Notes: generated from the sequence alone by a model not told the origin. A DNA stretch of 64,000 bases from an uncultured Holophagaceae bacterium (GCA_903843705.1 CAIMQW010000277.1:10091-74090), one strand, 5' to 3'. Counted from the stretch's first letter, positions 9,191 through 19,600 are shown. Numbers and translations: made by a program.

Positions 9191-11872
9191 GTGCCTGAAC
9201 AACGTCGGACCCATCCAAATTCGCACTCCCCGCTGGTATCGGAAGCCCCTCCCCGCGCCGCGAGGCTGAAGATCTTCTTCGGCGCCGCACCGGGGGTCGG
9301 GAAGACCTTTGCCATGCTCACGGAGGCCAAGGCCCGCAGGGCCGGAGGCCTTGACCTGGTGGTCGGCGCGGTGGACACCCACGGCCAGCCCGAAACCGCC
9401 GCCCTGGCCGAAGGAATGGAGATCCTGCCTTCTCGGTCCCTGCCCTCCATGGGCGAGTTCCTGCCTGAGTTCGATCTGACCGCGGCCCTGGCCAGGCATC
9501 CGGGCCTGATCCTTCTTGACGACCTGGCCCATGTCAATGTGCGGGGTTCCAGCCACTCCCGACGCTGGCAGGATGTGCTGGAACTGCTGGATGCGGGCAT
9601 CGATGTCTACACCACGCTGAACGTCCAACACCTGGAGAGCCTGAAGGACGTGGTCACCCAGATCACGAGTCTCGTGGTGCGGGATACCGTGCCCGACACA
9701 GTCCTGGAGCGCGCCGATGAGGTGGAGCTCGTAGACCTGGCGCCGGATGACCTGCTCGTGCGCCTGAAAGAGGGCAAAGTCCACTTCCCGGACAGCATCC
9801 GCCACGCCCACGGCCAATTCTTCCGCAAAGGGAACCTGCTCGCCCTGCGGGAACTGGCGCTCCGCCATACGGCTGAGAACGTAGATGCCCAGATGCGCCG
9901 CTACATGGCCTCGGCGGGCATCCAGAAGACCTGGGCCGCGGGCGATCGGCTGCTGGTGTGCGTGACCGCGGATGCCCTCTCGGAACGGCTCATCCGCGCT
10001 ACCCGCCGCATGGCCGGCGCCCTCGGCGCACCCTGGATCGCGCTCTACGTCGAGGCTCCCCGGCACCTCAAGTTCAGCGAGTCCGAGATGAGCAGGGTGG
10101 AGGAGAACCTGCGCCTGACGGAGACGCTAGGCGGCGAGACCGCGGTGATCGAGGGCGGCGACCGCACCGACGAGGACATCCTGGCCTTTGCGCAGAGCCG
10201 CAACATCACCAAGATCGTGGTGGGCAAGCCCTCGCGCCCCAGGTGGCTGGACTTCTTCGTGGGCTCGCCGGTTGACGACCTCATCCGCCACAGTGGGGAT
10301 ATCGACATCTACGTCATCACCGGCGGCAGCGCGGAGGTGGCCCCGCCCCTCAACCTCAGGTCCCGCATCACCAGCCCCCTGCGGAACTACCTGCTCAGCG
10401 TGCTCACCGTGGCGCTTGCAACGGGCGTGGCAGCTCTGGCCTTTCGCCGCTCAGAACTGGCCGACATCGTCATGATCTACCTACTGGGCATTCTCATCGT
10501 CGCCACCCGCTTCGGCCGAGGCCCTTCCCTGCTGGCCTCCCTCCTCAGCGTCGCCGCCTTCGACTTCATCTTCGTGCCCCCTTACTTCACTTTCGCCGTC
10601 GCAGACTTCCGCCATGTCGGCACCTTCTCGGTGATGCTCCTGGTGGGAGTGGTCATCGGCAACCTCACCGAGCGCATTCGGGCCCAGGCCCGCCTGGCCC
10701 GAGCCCGCGAGCAGCGCAGCCAGGCCCTCTTCCTCCTGGGCCAGGAGCTGGCCCGAAGCTCCGGTACCTCGGCCCTGGCGGCTTCCGCCATTCAGAACGT
10801 GGCCAGCCGCTTCCACAGCCGAGCGGTGGTGCTGCTGCCGGACGCCACCGGCCGCCTGACAGCGCCAAGCCACCCGCAGGCGTTCCTCCTGGATGAGCGG
10901 GAGCAGGCGGTGGCCAAGTGGGTCTTTGAGCACGGCGAACCAGCGGGCCTGGGTACGCTCACCCTCCCGGAAGCCCGTGCGACCTATCTGCCCCTCAAAG
11001 GCGTCCGGGGAAACCTGGGGATCCTGGGCATGCTTCCGGACGACATCCCCACATGGTCGGAGCCGGACCAGCGGCAGCTGCTGGAAGCCTTCGCCAGCCA
11101 GACAGCCTTGGCCCTGGAGCGTTCCTTGCTGGCGGAACAGGGCGCCGTGGACCGCCGCCGGGCCGACGAGGAACGCCTCCGGAATGCCCTGCTGAGCTCG
11201 GTCTCCCACGACCTGCGGACACCGCTGGGGGTCATCACGGGCGCCGTGAGCACCGCTCTAGAAACGCCCGACCTCAGCGAGGCGGTGCGCAGTGACCTCC
11301 TGACCTCCGCCCTGGAAGAGGCCCAGCGCCTGCAGCGTCTCGTGAGCAACCTGCTGGACATCACGCGGCTCGAGGCCGGCACCCTGGACCTGCGCACCGA
11401 GTGGATGCCCGTGGAGGAAGTGGTGGGTGCTGTCTTGAACCGCCGCGAGCTTGGGGCCGCCGCCGCCCGAGTGCGTACACAACTACCCGAGGATCTTCCC
11501 CTGGTAGCCATGGACGCCGTCCTGATGGAGCAGGTCATGGTGAACCTCCTCGAGAACGCCCTCAAGTATTCGCCGCCCGGCTCCCCGGTGGAAATCAAGG
11601 CCTGGGCCGCCTGGAAATCGCTCACCCTCTCGGTGACCGATCAGGGGCCGGGCATTGCGCCCGGCGAAGAGGACCGGATCTTCGAGAAGCTTACTCGGGG
11701 CGAGGCAGGCACCAGCCGACCCGGCGCGGGGCTGGGCTTGGCCATCTGCAAAGGCATCGTCACCGCTCACGGCGGGCAGATCCAGGCCGTGAGTCGCCCC
11801 CAGGGAGGAGCCCAGTTCCTGGTCAGCCTACCTCTGGGTACGGCCCCGGCCATTCCCAAGGAGGGCCCATGA
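9191..11872 (+). CDS. kdpD: Sensor histidine kinase KdpD
   Basis: LKIFFGAAPGVGKT, YTTLNVQHLESL, NLLALRELALR, Usp domain, 4 TM helices, GAF, SHDLRTPL H-box, GLGLAIC. Confidence 0.96.
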   Translation: MPEQRRTHPNSHSPLVSEAPPRAARLKIFFGAAPGVGKTFAMLTEAKARRAGGLDLVVGAVDTHGQPETAALAEGMEILPSRSLPSMGEFLPEFDLTAALARHPGLILLDDLAHVNVRGSSHSRRWQDVLELLDAGIDVYTTLNVQHLESLKDVVTQITSLVVRDTVPDTVLERADEVELVDLAPDDLLVRLKEGKVHFPDSIRHAHGQFFRKGNLLALRELALRHTAENVDAQMRRYMASAGIQKTWAAGDRLLVCVTADALSERLIRATRRMAGALGAPWIALYVEAPRHLKFSESEMSRVEENLRLTETLGGETAVIEGGDRTDEDILAFAQSRNITKIVVGKPSRPRWLDFFVGSPVDDLIRHSGDIDIYVITGGSAEVAPPLNLRSRITSPLRNYLLSVLTVALATGVAALAFRRSELADIVMIYLLGILIVATRFGRGPSLLASLLSVAAFDFIFVPPYFTFAVADFRHVGTFSVMLLVGVVIGNLTERIRAQARLARAREQRSQALFLLGQELARSSGTSALAASAIQNVASRFHSRAVVLLPDATGRLTAPSHPQAFLLDEREQAVAKWVFEHGEPAGLGTLTLPEARATYLPLKGVRGNLGILGMLPDDIPTWSEPDQRQLLEAFASQTALALERSLLAEQGAVDRRRADEERLRNALLSSVSHDLRTPLGVITGAVSTALETPDLSEAVRSDLLTSALEEAQRLQRLVSNLLDITRLEAGTLDLRTEWMPVEEVVGAVLNRRELGAAAARVRTQLPEDLPLVAMDAVLMEQVMVNLLENALKYSPPGSPVEIKAWAAWKSLTLSVTDQGPGIAPGEEDRIFEKLTRGEAGTSRPGAGLGLAICKGIVTAHGGQIQAVSRPQGGAQFLVSLPLGTAPAIPKEGP

Positions 11873-12564
11873 CCAGCGCGCCGGTCCATGTCCTGCTCGT
11901 GGAAGACGAGCCACAGATGCGCCGCTTCTTGCGGGTAGCCCTGGAGGGCGGTGGCTATCGGTACCTGGAGGCTGGCACGGGTCAGGAGGGACTGGCCCTG
12001 GCCGTACAGCACAGGCCCGACGTGATCCTGCTCGACCTGGGCCTGCCGGACATGGACGGGCTTGAGCTCATGACCCGCCTCCGCGCCTGGAGCCAGACGC
12101 CGGTGATCGTGATCTCAGCACGGGGGCAGGAGACCGACAAGATCGGGGCCCTGGACGTGGGTGCGGACGACTACCTCACCAAGCCCTTCGGCACCGGCGA
12201 ACTCCTGGCCCGCATCCGGGTGGCGCTCCGCCACGCCGATCCCGGTGCCGCGGAGGAACCCGTCTTCAGGTTGGGCCGCTGGCAGGTCGACCTGACCAAG
12301 CGCCAGGTGGTGGTGGCGGGCCAGGAGGTACACCTGACGCCCCTCGAATACGGGCTGTTCACCACCCTGATCCGCCACGCGGGCAAGGTCGTCACCCAGA
12401 GGCAGCTGCTCAAGGAGGTCTGGGGCGGCGTGGCGGGGGCACAACCCCTCTACCTCCGCGTCTACATGGCCCAGCTCCGGCACAAGCTCGAAGAGGATCC
12501 CTCCCGTCCCCGCTACCTGCAGACCGAGCCCGGCATCGGCTACCGGCTGCGGCTGGAAGACTAG
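11869..12564 (+). CDS. kdpE: Response regulator KdpE
   Basis: ATGA overlap with kdpD; LLDLGLPDMDG, GADDYLTKPF, YLRVYMAQLRHKLE. Confidence 0.95.
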   Translation: MTSAPVHVLLVEDEPQMRRFLRVALEGGGYRYLEAGTGQEGLALAVQHRPDVILLDLGLPDMDGLELMTRLRAWSQTPVIVISARGQETDKIGALDVGADDYLTKPFGTGELLARIRVALRHADPGAAEEPVFRLGRWQVDLTKRQVVVAGQEVHLTPLEYGLFTTLIRHAGKVVTQRQLLKEVWGGVAGAQPLYLRVYMAQLRHKLEEDPSRPRYLQTEPGIGYRLRLED

Positions 12565-12598
12565 CCGACCGGGTGCGGGCTGCAGGAGAGGACGCCGC

Positions 12599-12844
12599 TT
12601 ACAGGTGCTTGTGGGCCCCGTCGCACATGGGCTTTTTGCCACTGTGCTTGCAGGCGCAGAACCACTTTTCGCCGGTCACCTCGGGCGTGTAGGCCTGGGG
12701 CACGAAGGTGCTGCCCTTGTGGGCGCCATCGCACATGGGCTGGTTCTTGCTGTTACCGCAGGTGCACCAGTAGTAGGTCTTCCCGGCTTCGACGGCGACC
12801 TTGATAGGTGCTTTCTGGGGGACGTTGGGTGTGGCGTCGGACAT
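12599..12844 (-). CDS. Tandem CDGSH iron-sulfur protein (MiNT/CISD3-like)
   Basis: Two motifs WCTCGNSKNQPMCDGAH and FCACKHSGKKPMCDGAH; AGGAG RBS. Confidence 0.9.
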   Translation of the reverse strand: MSDATPNVPQKAPIKVAVEAGKTYYWCTCGNSKNQPMCDGAHKGSTFVPQAYTPEVTGEKWFCACKHSGKKPMCDGAHKHL

Positions 12845-13026
12845 GGCTTGCTCCTGAGTGGGAGGTTCCAAGGCAGCAAGAACAACCCGCTAGGGATTGC
12901 CCCCACGTGCTGAAATTCTACTGCGCAAACATAGGCTCGTCTGAAAGTAACCTCCAAGACAAAGCCAGCTTTTCAGCGGATCATGAAGCCCCCCCGGGAT
13001 CGCTGTGGTGCCACGAGGAGCTGGAA

Positions 13027-13542
13027 ATGAAGGTGATTGGCATCGTCGGCTGGAGCGGCAGCGGGAAGACCAGCCTGGTGGTCCAGGTCCTGCCGATCCT
13101 GAAGGAGCGTGGGCTCAGGGTCTCGACCATGAAGCATGCCCATCATCGTTTCGACGTGGACAAGCCAGGCAAGGACTCCTTCCAGCACCGGGAGGCCGGG
13201 GCTTCGGAAGTCCTCGTGGTCACCTCCTCCCGCTGGGTCCTGATGCACGAATCCCGGGAGGAGCCCGAGCCCAGCATCGAGTCCCTGATTGAGCGAATGA
13301 CGCCCGTGGACCTGCTGCTCATCGAGGGCTTCAAGACCCATCACCACCCCAAGATCGAGATTTATCGGCAAACCGAAGGCAAGCCCCTGCTCTGCACGGT
13401 TGATCTCGAGATCGTCGCTGTGGCCAGTGACCGTCCCCTGCCACCCCTGACCATCCCGCAACTGGACCTGAACGATCCCAGAGCCATCGCCGAATTCATC
13501 CTGGTCCACACTGGGTTGAGCCCCCTTGGGGGAAGGGCCTAA
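13027..13542 (+). CDS. mobB: Molybdopterin-guanine dinucleotide biosynthesis protein B
   Basis: GWSGSGKT, KHAHHRFDVDKPGKDS, LLIEGFK; GAGGAG RBS before ATG 13027. Confidence 0.93.
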   Translation: MKVIGIVGWSGSGKTSLVVQVLPILKERGLRVSTMKHAHHRFDVDKPGKDSFQHREAGASEVLVVTSSRWVLMHESREEPEPSIESLIERMTPVDLLLIEGFKTHHHPKIEIYRQTEGKPLLCTVDLEIVAVASDRPLPPLTIPQLDLNDPRAIAEFILVHTGLSPLGGRA

Positions 13543-13638
13543 GGCACCTGCCCTGGCCCTCCACGGAGACATCCCTGAATGGTCATCTAACCTTGGACGG
13601 TGTCTCTCGAAGGGGCCATTGTGGAGCAACCACTCTTC

Positions 13639-13660
13639 TAATACACTGATTCATGTAATA
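13639..13660. promoter_or_regulatory. Putative ArsR/SmtB operator
   Basis: AT-rich imperfect palindrome TAATACA-N8-TGTAATA 15 bp upstream of the ArsR start. Confidence 0.55.
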
Positions 13661-13674
13661 GACAATTGGTAGCC

Positions 13675-14028
13675 ATGACGTGTCCGCTCAAAACAGATCC
13701 TGAACAGCGCCCCCTGCTTGGCTTGGCCGAGGCGGGAGAGCTGGCTGGGCTGTTCGAGGTGCTGGCTTCCGCTACGCGGGTGCGCCTGCTGCACGCACTG
13801 ATGACCATGGACGATCCCTGCATGTCCGACCTGGCTGCTGCCGTCGAGATGAAGGCGCAGGCCGTGTCCAACCAGCTGCGCAAACTGGTGGACCTCGGTG
13901 TCCTTGATACGTGTCGGCACGGCAACCACATCCACTATCGCATCGTGGAACCCTGCGTGACGAACCTCCTCCACCAGGGCCTCTGCATCAACGAGGATCA
14001 GGTGCTTCGGAAGGTGGGCTACTCATGA
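13675..14028 (+). CDS. ArsR/SmtB-family metalloregulator
   Basis: LFEVLASATRVRLL, CMSDLA, QAVSNQLRKL, HGNHIHYRI; five Cys. Confidence 0.9.
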   Translation: MTCPLKTDPEQRPLLGLAEAGELAGLFEVLASATRVRLLHALMTMDDPCMSDLAAAVEMKAQAVSNQLRKLVDLGVLDTCRHGNHIHYRIVEPCVTNLLHQGLCINEDQVLRKVGYS

Positions 14029-14294
14029 GGCGCTGGATCGCCATCCTGCTCCTCTGCCTGGCTGGCGCCTACTTGAGTGCAGCCGGGGTGGATGAGTGCG
14101 CCACTTCGCCGGACGAGGCCTGTGCGCCCATCTGCCACCTGCTCTGCTCAGACGGCTGCGCGACGGTCCCTGTACCTGAGCCACCGGTGGCACCCAGCCC
14201 TGACCCCCTGCCCAGGACTGCGTTCAAGGTGAGCCCGCCTTCCCGGCCGCTCCTCCGCACGGTGGAGCCAGAAATCACCCCGCCTCGGGGATAG
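14025..14294 (+). CDS. Small secreted Cys-rich, Pro-rich leader protein (DUF2946/CzcI-like position)
   Basis: ATGA overlap with arsR; 89 aa: signal peptide MRRWIAILLLCLAGAYLSAA, C-x3-CH-x2-C-x3-C, Pro-rich linker, C-terminus EPEITPPRG. Confidence 0.75.
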   Translation: MRRWIAILLLCLAGAYLSAAGVDECATSPDEACAPICHLLCSDGCATVPVPEPPVAPSPDPLPRTAFKVSPPSRPLLRTVEPEITPPRG

Positions 14295-14357
14295 GACGGA
14301 ATCCATTCCTGGATCCCGCCGGGCGCAGCTTTGCCCGAACAACCGCCTATTCCGAGG
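14283..14357 (+). promoter_or_regulatory. RBS-sequestering RNA structure upstream of the outer-membrane factor gene
   Basis: CCUCGGGGAUAGGACGG (14283-14299) is complementary, with two bulges, to CCGCCUAUUCCGAGG (14343-14357), which contains the GAGG SD of ATG 14364. Two small hairpins lie inside. Confidence 0.65.
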
Positions 14358-14363
14358 AAACCC

Positions 14364-15560
14364 ATGCGTCGTCTCCTGATCGGGGCCCTGCCCTGTCTCT
14401 TGCTGGCTCAAGCTCCCGCCAGTCCACCTTTATCCCCAGGCCTCACCTTCGAGAGCATCCTCAGCCATGCGAAGCCCGGCCTTGAGCGGCTCAGGCTGGC
14501 GGTCTGGCTGGCCGAGCGGAACCGCGAAGTGGCTGGCAGTGGGGGTTTCCTGCGGGAAGGGCCGACCTTTGGGGTGACGGCTGGCCCCCGTCGGTCGGTG
14601 GGCCTACCCGGCACCTCGGACCAATCCGCGGACGTGGATCTGCCCCTCTTCCTGTCACCGGGCACCCGAAGCAGTCTGGTGCGCGCCCTCGACCAGGCCG
14701 ATCCCCTGCTGCGGGAGGCTGCCCGCCGCGAGAGCCTTCTGCGCCTGCGCCAGGCCTACCTGGACGCCTGGCTGGAGCAGCAGGTCACGCAGCTGCGGCA
14801 GCAGGACCTCCAGACCGTGGAGGTGTGGCTGAACGCAGCGCAGGTCCGGCTGGAGTCCGGCGCCGACCCGGCCTTTCAGGTCGCACTGGTGGAAGGCGAG
14901 ATCCTCAAGGCCCAGATGGAGCTTGCAGACAGTCGACGCCGAGATTCAACGGCCTGGACCACGCTGCGCAGTCAGACCGACCTCCCAGAGCGTCCCGTCC
15001 CACTGGCAGAACCCGAGGCCCTGCCTACTCAGGATCCATCTGGGCTTTTCACACGTTACCAAGCGGCTCCCCTCCGCCGCGCCATGGCGGCGCGTCTCGA
15101 GGTGGAGCGCGAGAACCTCCGCCACCGGGAAGCCCTTGGCCTCAGCCGCTGGTCCCTGCGGGGCTCCTACGCCAAGGAAGGCGAGGATCGCATCGCCAAG
15201 GTTGGGATGGCCTATCGCTTCAGCCGCCCTGGTGAGGCGTCCGCCCTTCGGCGCGAGACCGAAGCCGGATTGGCCAGCCTCCAGCGCGAGCTTCAGATCG
15301 CCCTGGCCGAGCTGGATGGCCGGTTTCAGTCAGCGCTTGAGCGCCTCCAGCTTCTCGGCGGCATGGCCCCAAGGCGGTCCTTCCAACCGGCCATCCAGGC
15401 CGTGGGACTGCGTCTCCAATCCGGGCGGGAGCGTCCCTCCGATGCGATGCCCATCCGGCGCCAGCTGCTGGAGGCCGAGGTTGCGGGGCTTCGACGACAG
15501 CATGCGCAGCACCTCATCCAGGCCGAACTGCAGGCGCTCACCGAAGGAGTCACCCCATGA
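14364..15560 (+). CDS. TolC/CzcC-like outer-membrane efflux factor
   Basis: Signal peptide, long helical OEP-like segments (LRQAYLD, AAQVRLESG), first gene of a CBA triad. Confidence 0.75.
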   Translation: MRRLLIGALPCLLLAQAPASPPLSPGLTFESILSHAKPGLERLRLAVWLAERNREVAGSGGFLREGPTFGVTAGPRRSVGLPGTSDQSADVDLPLFLSPGTRSSLVRALDQADPLLREAARRESLLRLRQAYLDAWLEQQVTQLRQQDLQTVEVWLNAAQVRLESGADPAFQVALVEGEILKAQMELADSRRRDSTAWTTLRSQTDLPERPVPLAEPEALPTQDPSGLFTRYQAAPLRRAMAARLEVERENLRHREALGLSRWSLRGSYAKEGEDRIAKVGMAYRFSRPGEASALRRETEAGLASLQRELQIALAELDGRFQSALERLQLLGGMAPRRSFQPAIQAVGLRLQSGRERPSDAMPIRRQLLEAEVAGLRRQHAQHLIQAELQALTEGVTP

Positions 15561-16699
15561 AAGTTCTGACCACGCTAACCCTGCTGACCCTTCTGCTGGT
15601 TGGCGGGGGCTGCGGCAGAGAAAAGGCTGCGACAACGACCACCGAAGGGCATGAAGGCCATGAGAGTCATGGCTCAGCGAACGGCGCGTCGTCCAAGGTC
15701 CCTCTGAAGGAAATTCGGGGCCTGCGGCTCATGCAGGTACCGGAGTCTCGTCGCGAGGGAGCCTGGTATCCAGCGGAGGCCACCGGCGATGAAGGTGCCC
15801 AGGTCATTCTCTCTGCGCCGGTCAGGGGCATCGTGTCGGGACTGCTGGCCTCACCCGGACGCCCCGTTGCGCCAGGCGCTGCTCTGGCGGTGGTCCAGAG
15901 TCCGGAGCTCGCCCGCCTCAAGGCCGACTGGATCTCCTCCAAGGCCAAGCTCGAGCGGGCCGAGTCCGAAGCGGCCCGGGACGTGAAGCTCTACGAGGCC
16001 CAGGCAGGAAGTCGCCGGGAGCTGGAGGCTTCTCGTAGCGAGGTCGCCTCCGCCCGGGCCGATGAGGAGGCCAGCCGACTGGCCCTGGAGGCACGGGGGT
16101 TGCGGCCTGATCAGGCGGGGGCCACCTTCACGCTCAGAGCCCCGAAGGCCGGGGTCGTGGGGACCTGGAAGGTGCAGGTCGGCCAGGGCATCGAAGCAGG
16201 CCAGGAGCTGGGAACTTTCCAGGCCGCCTTCGCCGCCCTGGCCAAGGTGGAGCTCCCCCTCCCCGTGCCAGAAGCCTGGACGCCGGGGACGGTCACCAAG
16301 GTCCGTTCCAGCGGCGGCCATGCCTGGCAAGGGCGCCTTGAGAGCGCCCCCATGGCCCTCTCCCTGGACACACGCCGGCTCAACTACCGTCTGCGCCTCT
16401 CCGGTGCTGCGCTGCCCATGGCTGGCACCCCGCTGGAAGTGTACGTCCCGCTGGCCCAGGGTGTGAGTCTTCCACAGAGTGCCCTCCAACAGATGGAAGG
16501 CGTCTGGGGTGTGTTTGTCGGGGAAGGCGACTTTGCTGTCTTCCGTCCGGTGAAACGGGGCGTCGAGCTGGGCACCGAGGTGCTGGTCCTCGAAGGTGTG
16601 AAGCCGGGCGAGACCGTGGTCGCCGAAGGCGCCTACCTGCTGAAGGCCCTCCAGCAGAAGCGCTCTGAGCCCGCCGAAGGGGGTGGTCATGGGCACTGA
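15557..16699 (+). CDS. RND periplasmic adaptor (CzcB/CusB-like), lipoprotein
   Basis: Lipobox Cys, HEGHESH segment, SAPVRGIV lipoyl motif, EGVKPGETVVAEGAYLLK, C-terminal GGGHGH. Confidence 0.9.
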   Translation: MKVLTTLTLLTLLLVGGGCGREKAATTTTEGHEGHESHGSANGASSKVPLKEIRGLRLMQVPESRREGAWYPAEATGDEGAQVILSAPVRGIVSGLLASPGRPVAPGAALAVVQSPELARLKADWISSKAKLERAESEAARDVKLYEAQAGSRRELEASRSEVASARADEEASRLALEARGLRPDQAGATFTLRAPKAGVVGTWKVQVGQGIEAGQELGTFQAAFAALAKVELPLPVPEAWTPGTVTKVRSSGGHAWQGRLESAPMALSLDTRRLNYRLRLSGAALPMAGTPLEVYVPLAQGVSLPQSALQQMEGVWGVFVGEGDFAVFRPVKRGVELGTEVLVLEGVKPGETVVAEGAYLLKALQQKRSEPAEGGGHGH

Positions 16700-19600
16700 A
16701 CAAACCCAACACCGGTCCCTGGTCCGCCGCTGGTTTGACTGGATCCTCCCCCGGCGTGGCTGGGTGTTCGCGCTATCCATCGTGTGGGCAGTTGCCGGCG
16801 TCCTGGCCTTCTTCAACCTGAAGCGGGACCTCTTTCCGGACATGAGCCTGCCCGTGCTGTCAGTGCTCATCCAGAGCCCCGGGCGATCGACCACGGAGCT
16901 CGAGCTGTCCGTGGCGCAGCCCACTGAGCAGGCCCTGGGGGGCATGCCTGGCGTGCGCCGGGTCACCTCTCAAGTCCTGCCGGAGCTGCTCCAGGTGGTC
17001 GTCACCTTTGAGAGCGGCACTGATCCCTGGCGGGCACGGCAGCTGGTGGCCGAGCGCCTGGGTACGGTGGCGGGTGGCTTCCCGGCGGGTACCCGCCCTC
17101 CCCTCCTGTCCAGTGCCTCGGGGCGACTCCAGGAGCTCATGGAGGTGGTCCTGGAGGGAGAGAAGATCGATCCTCTGAAGCTGCGTGACCACGCTGAGCA
17201 GGTTCTGGTCCCACGCCTCCAGGCTGTGGCGGGCGTGGCGCGGGTGGAGCGCCTGGGGGGCCAGGAGCGGTCCCTGAGCATCATGCTCATCCCGGAACGC
17301 ATGCGCACCCTGGGGATCGGGTTGGATCGCGTCATGACCTCGCTGGAAGAGAGCCATCAGGACCTTGCGGCTGGGGTCCTGGAGATCCAGGACAAGGGCT
17401 GGTTCATCACTGTGGGCAACTTGGCGGCGACCTCCGAGGAAATTCGGCGCCTCCCCGTGCAGGGGCCAAAGGGCTTCGTCACCCTGGGGGAAGTGGCCGA
17501 GGTCCGCGAGGCTCCGGCTTTTCGCCGCGGCTTGGCCCGGCACGACGGGCACGAGGACGTCAGCCTGCGCATCGTCAAGCAGCCCACCGCGGCCTCACTG
17601 GAGGTGGCCGAAGGGGTTCGTGCGGCCATCGGGCAGCTGCGGCAGGAACTCCCCAAGGGCATGCTCCTGGAGGTGATCTACGACCAGGGACGCCTCGTCA
17701 CCAAGGCTCTGAACGGCGTGACCCTGGCGCTGCTTCTGGGCGGGCTGCTCGTGGCTGTGGTGCTGGTGGTATTGCTGGGCAGCCTCCGCGGAGCTCTGCT
17801 CGTGCTGACGGTGCTACCTCTCGCCACCTTCGGCGCAGCCATTCCCCTCTACCTCGCTGGACTTGGGCTGAACGCCATGACCCTGGGGGGCCTGGCCATT
17901 GCCGTAGGGCTGCTGGTGGACGCCGCCGTAATCATGGTGGAGAACCTGGCCCATCGTTTGCACTACCATCAAGATCAGATAGAGCCCCGGCGCGTGGCCC
18001 TGACGCGTGCCTCCGCCGAGGTGGCTGGGCCGATCCTCACGGCTGTGCTGGTAATCCTGGCGGTCTTCATTCCCCTGCTGTCCATGGGCGGGGTAGCCGG
18101 GAAGCTCTATGCGCCACTAGGCGTGGCCGTGGCCTCTGCCATGACCATCAGCCTCATCCTCAGCTTCACCCTGGTTCCAGCCTTGGTGGATCGCTTCCTG
18201 CCACCGGGGATCAGCCTGGAGGAACCGAAGCTAGTCGTGGCCATCAAGGCTGTCTACCGCCCGGCGCTGGACTGGGCCATGGGGCATGGCCCGCTGGTGA
18301 TGGGGCTCGCGTTTGCAGTGACCCTCCCCAGCATCTGGTTGGCGCTGCGGCTCGGCTCCAACTTCCTGCCGGCCCTGGATGAGGGCGCCTACATGCTGCT
18401 GTCCAAGCTGCCAGCGGAGTCCAGTCTCGATGCGGTAGACCAGGCGAACCTGCAGTTGGATGAGCGGCTGAAGGTCATTCCCGGCGTGCATGCGGTCTAC
18501 CGCCGAAGCGGCCGGGCCGAAGTGACGGAGGACCCCTGCCCCATCACCGACAGCGAGATCATGGTGATTCTCGAACCTGACGCCCAGGAGAAGATGGTCG
18601 CCAAGCAGCTGCTGGCGGTGGCCGAGGCCATGCCGTTCCCCGTGGAGGTGAACACCCCCATGCAGGAACGCATTGCCGAAGGCATCGGCGGGACGCCTGC
18701 CGACATCCAGGTGAAGCTCTTCAACCGGGACCTGATGGCCCTTCAGAAGGCGATACCAGAGCTGCAGGAACGCCTGGAGAAAGTGCCGGGGGTAAGAAGT
18801 GTCTCGCCCGATACCCCGGCCCCGATGCCGCGCTGGCGGGTGGTCCCCGATGAGGAGGCGCTGCGCCGCCTGGAAGTGCCGCGGATGCTCGTCTCTCGAA
18901 CCCTGCGCGCCGCCCTTCAGGGCCTGCCGTCCGAGGCCCGCTATGACGGCCCCCAGCGCATCGAGCGGGTGGTCCACTACCCCAACGATGGCCAGGTGAG
19001 CCCCCAGACCCTCAAGAACACGCCCCTGGTGCTAGACGATGGCCGGGTCATCTCGCTGGGCCAGGTGGTGGTCTTTCAGGAGGCCCAGACCCCGACCCTG
19101 ATCCGCCGGGAAGGCGGTCAGCGGCGAATTGGGCTGAATGTCCGCACGGACGGTGACCTGGGCAGCACTGCCCAGCGGATCGAGGCGGCCCTGTCCAAGG
19201 CGAAGCTTCCGGGAGGAACCTTCGTCGCCCTGGGGGGGAAGATCGAAGAGGCCCGCGAGACCCAGCGCCGCCTCTGGATAGCCATCGCTGCGGCCATGGC
19301 GCTGGTGGTCGCGCTGCTCTACCTGGCCTTGAAGCAGTGGCGCGAAGTCTTCGTGGTGCTGGCGACCCTGCCCAATGCCTTTGCCGGAGCCCTGTTTGCC
19401 CTCTGGCTGTCGGGGGAGACCTGGAACATCAGCTCCATCGTCGGCCTCATCGGCCTCTTTGGTGTGGCCGTGCAGAACAGTCTGGTGCTGATCACCCAGG
19501 CAAAGGGCCTCCGAGCAACGGGAATACCCTTCCAGGAGGCCCTGCGTGAGGCCAGCCTGGGCCGGGTCCGCCCCAAGCTGATGACCGCTGGGGCCGCCAT

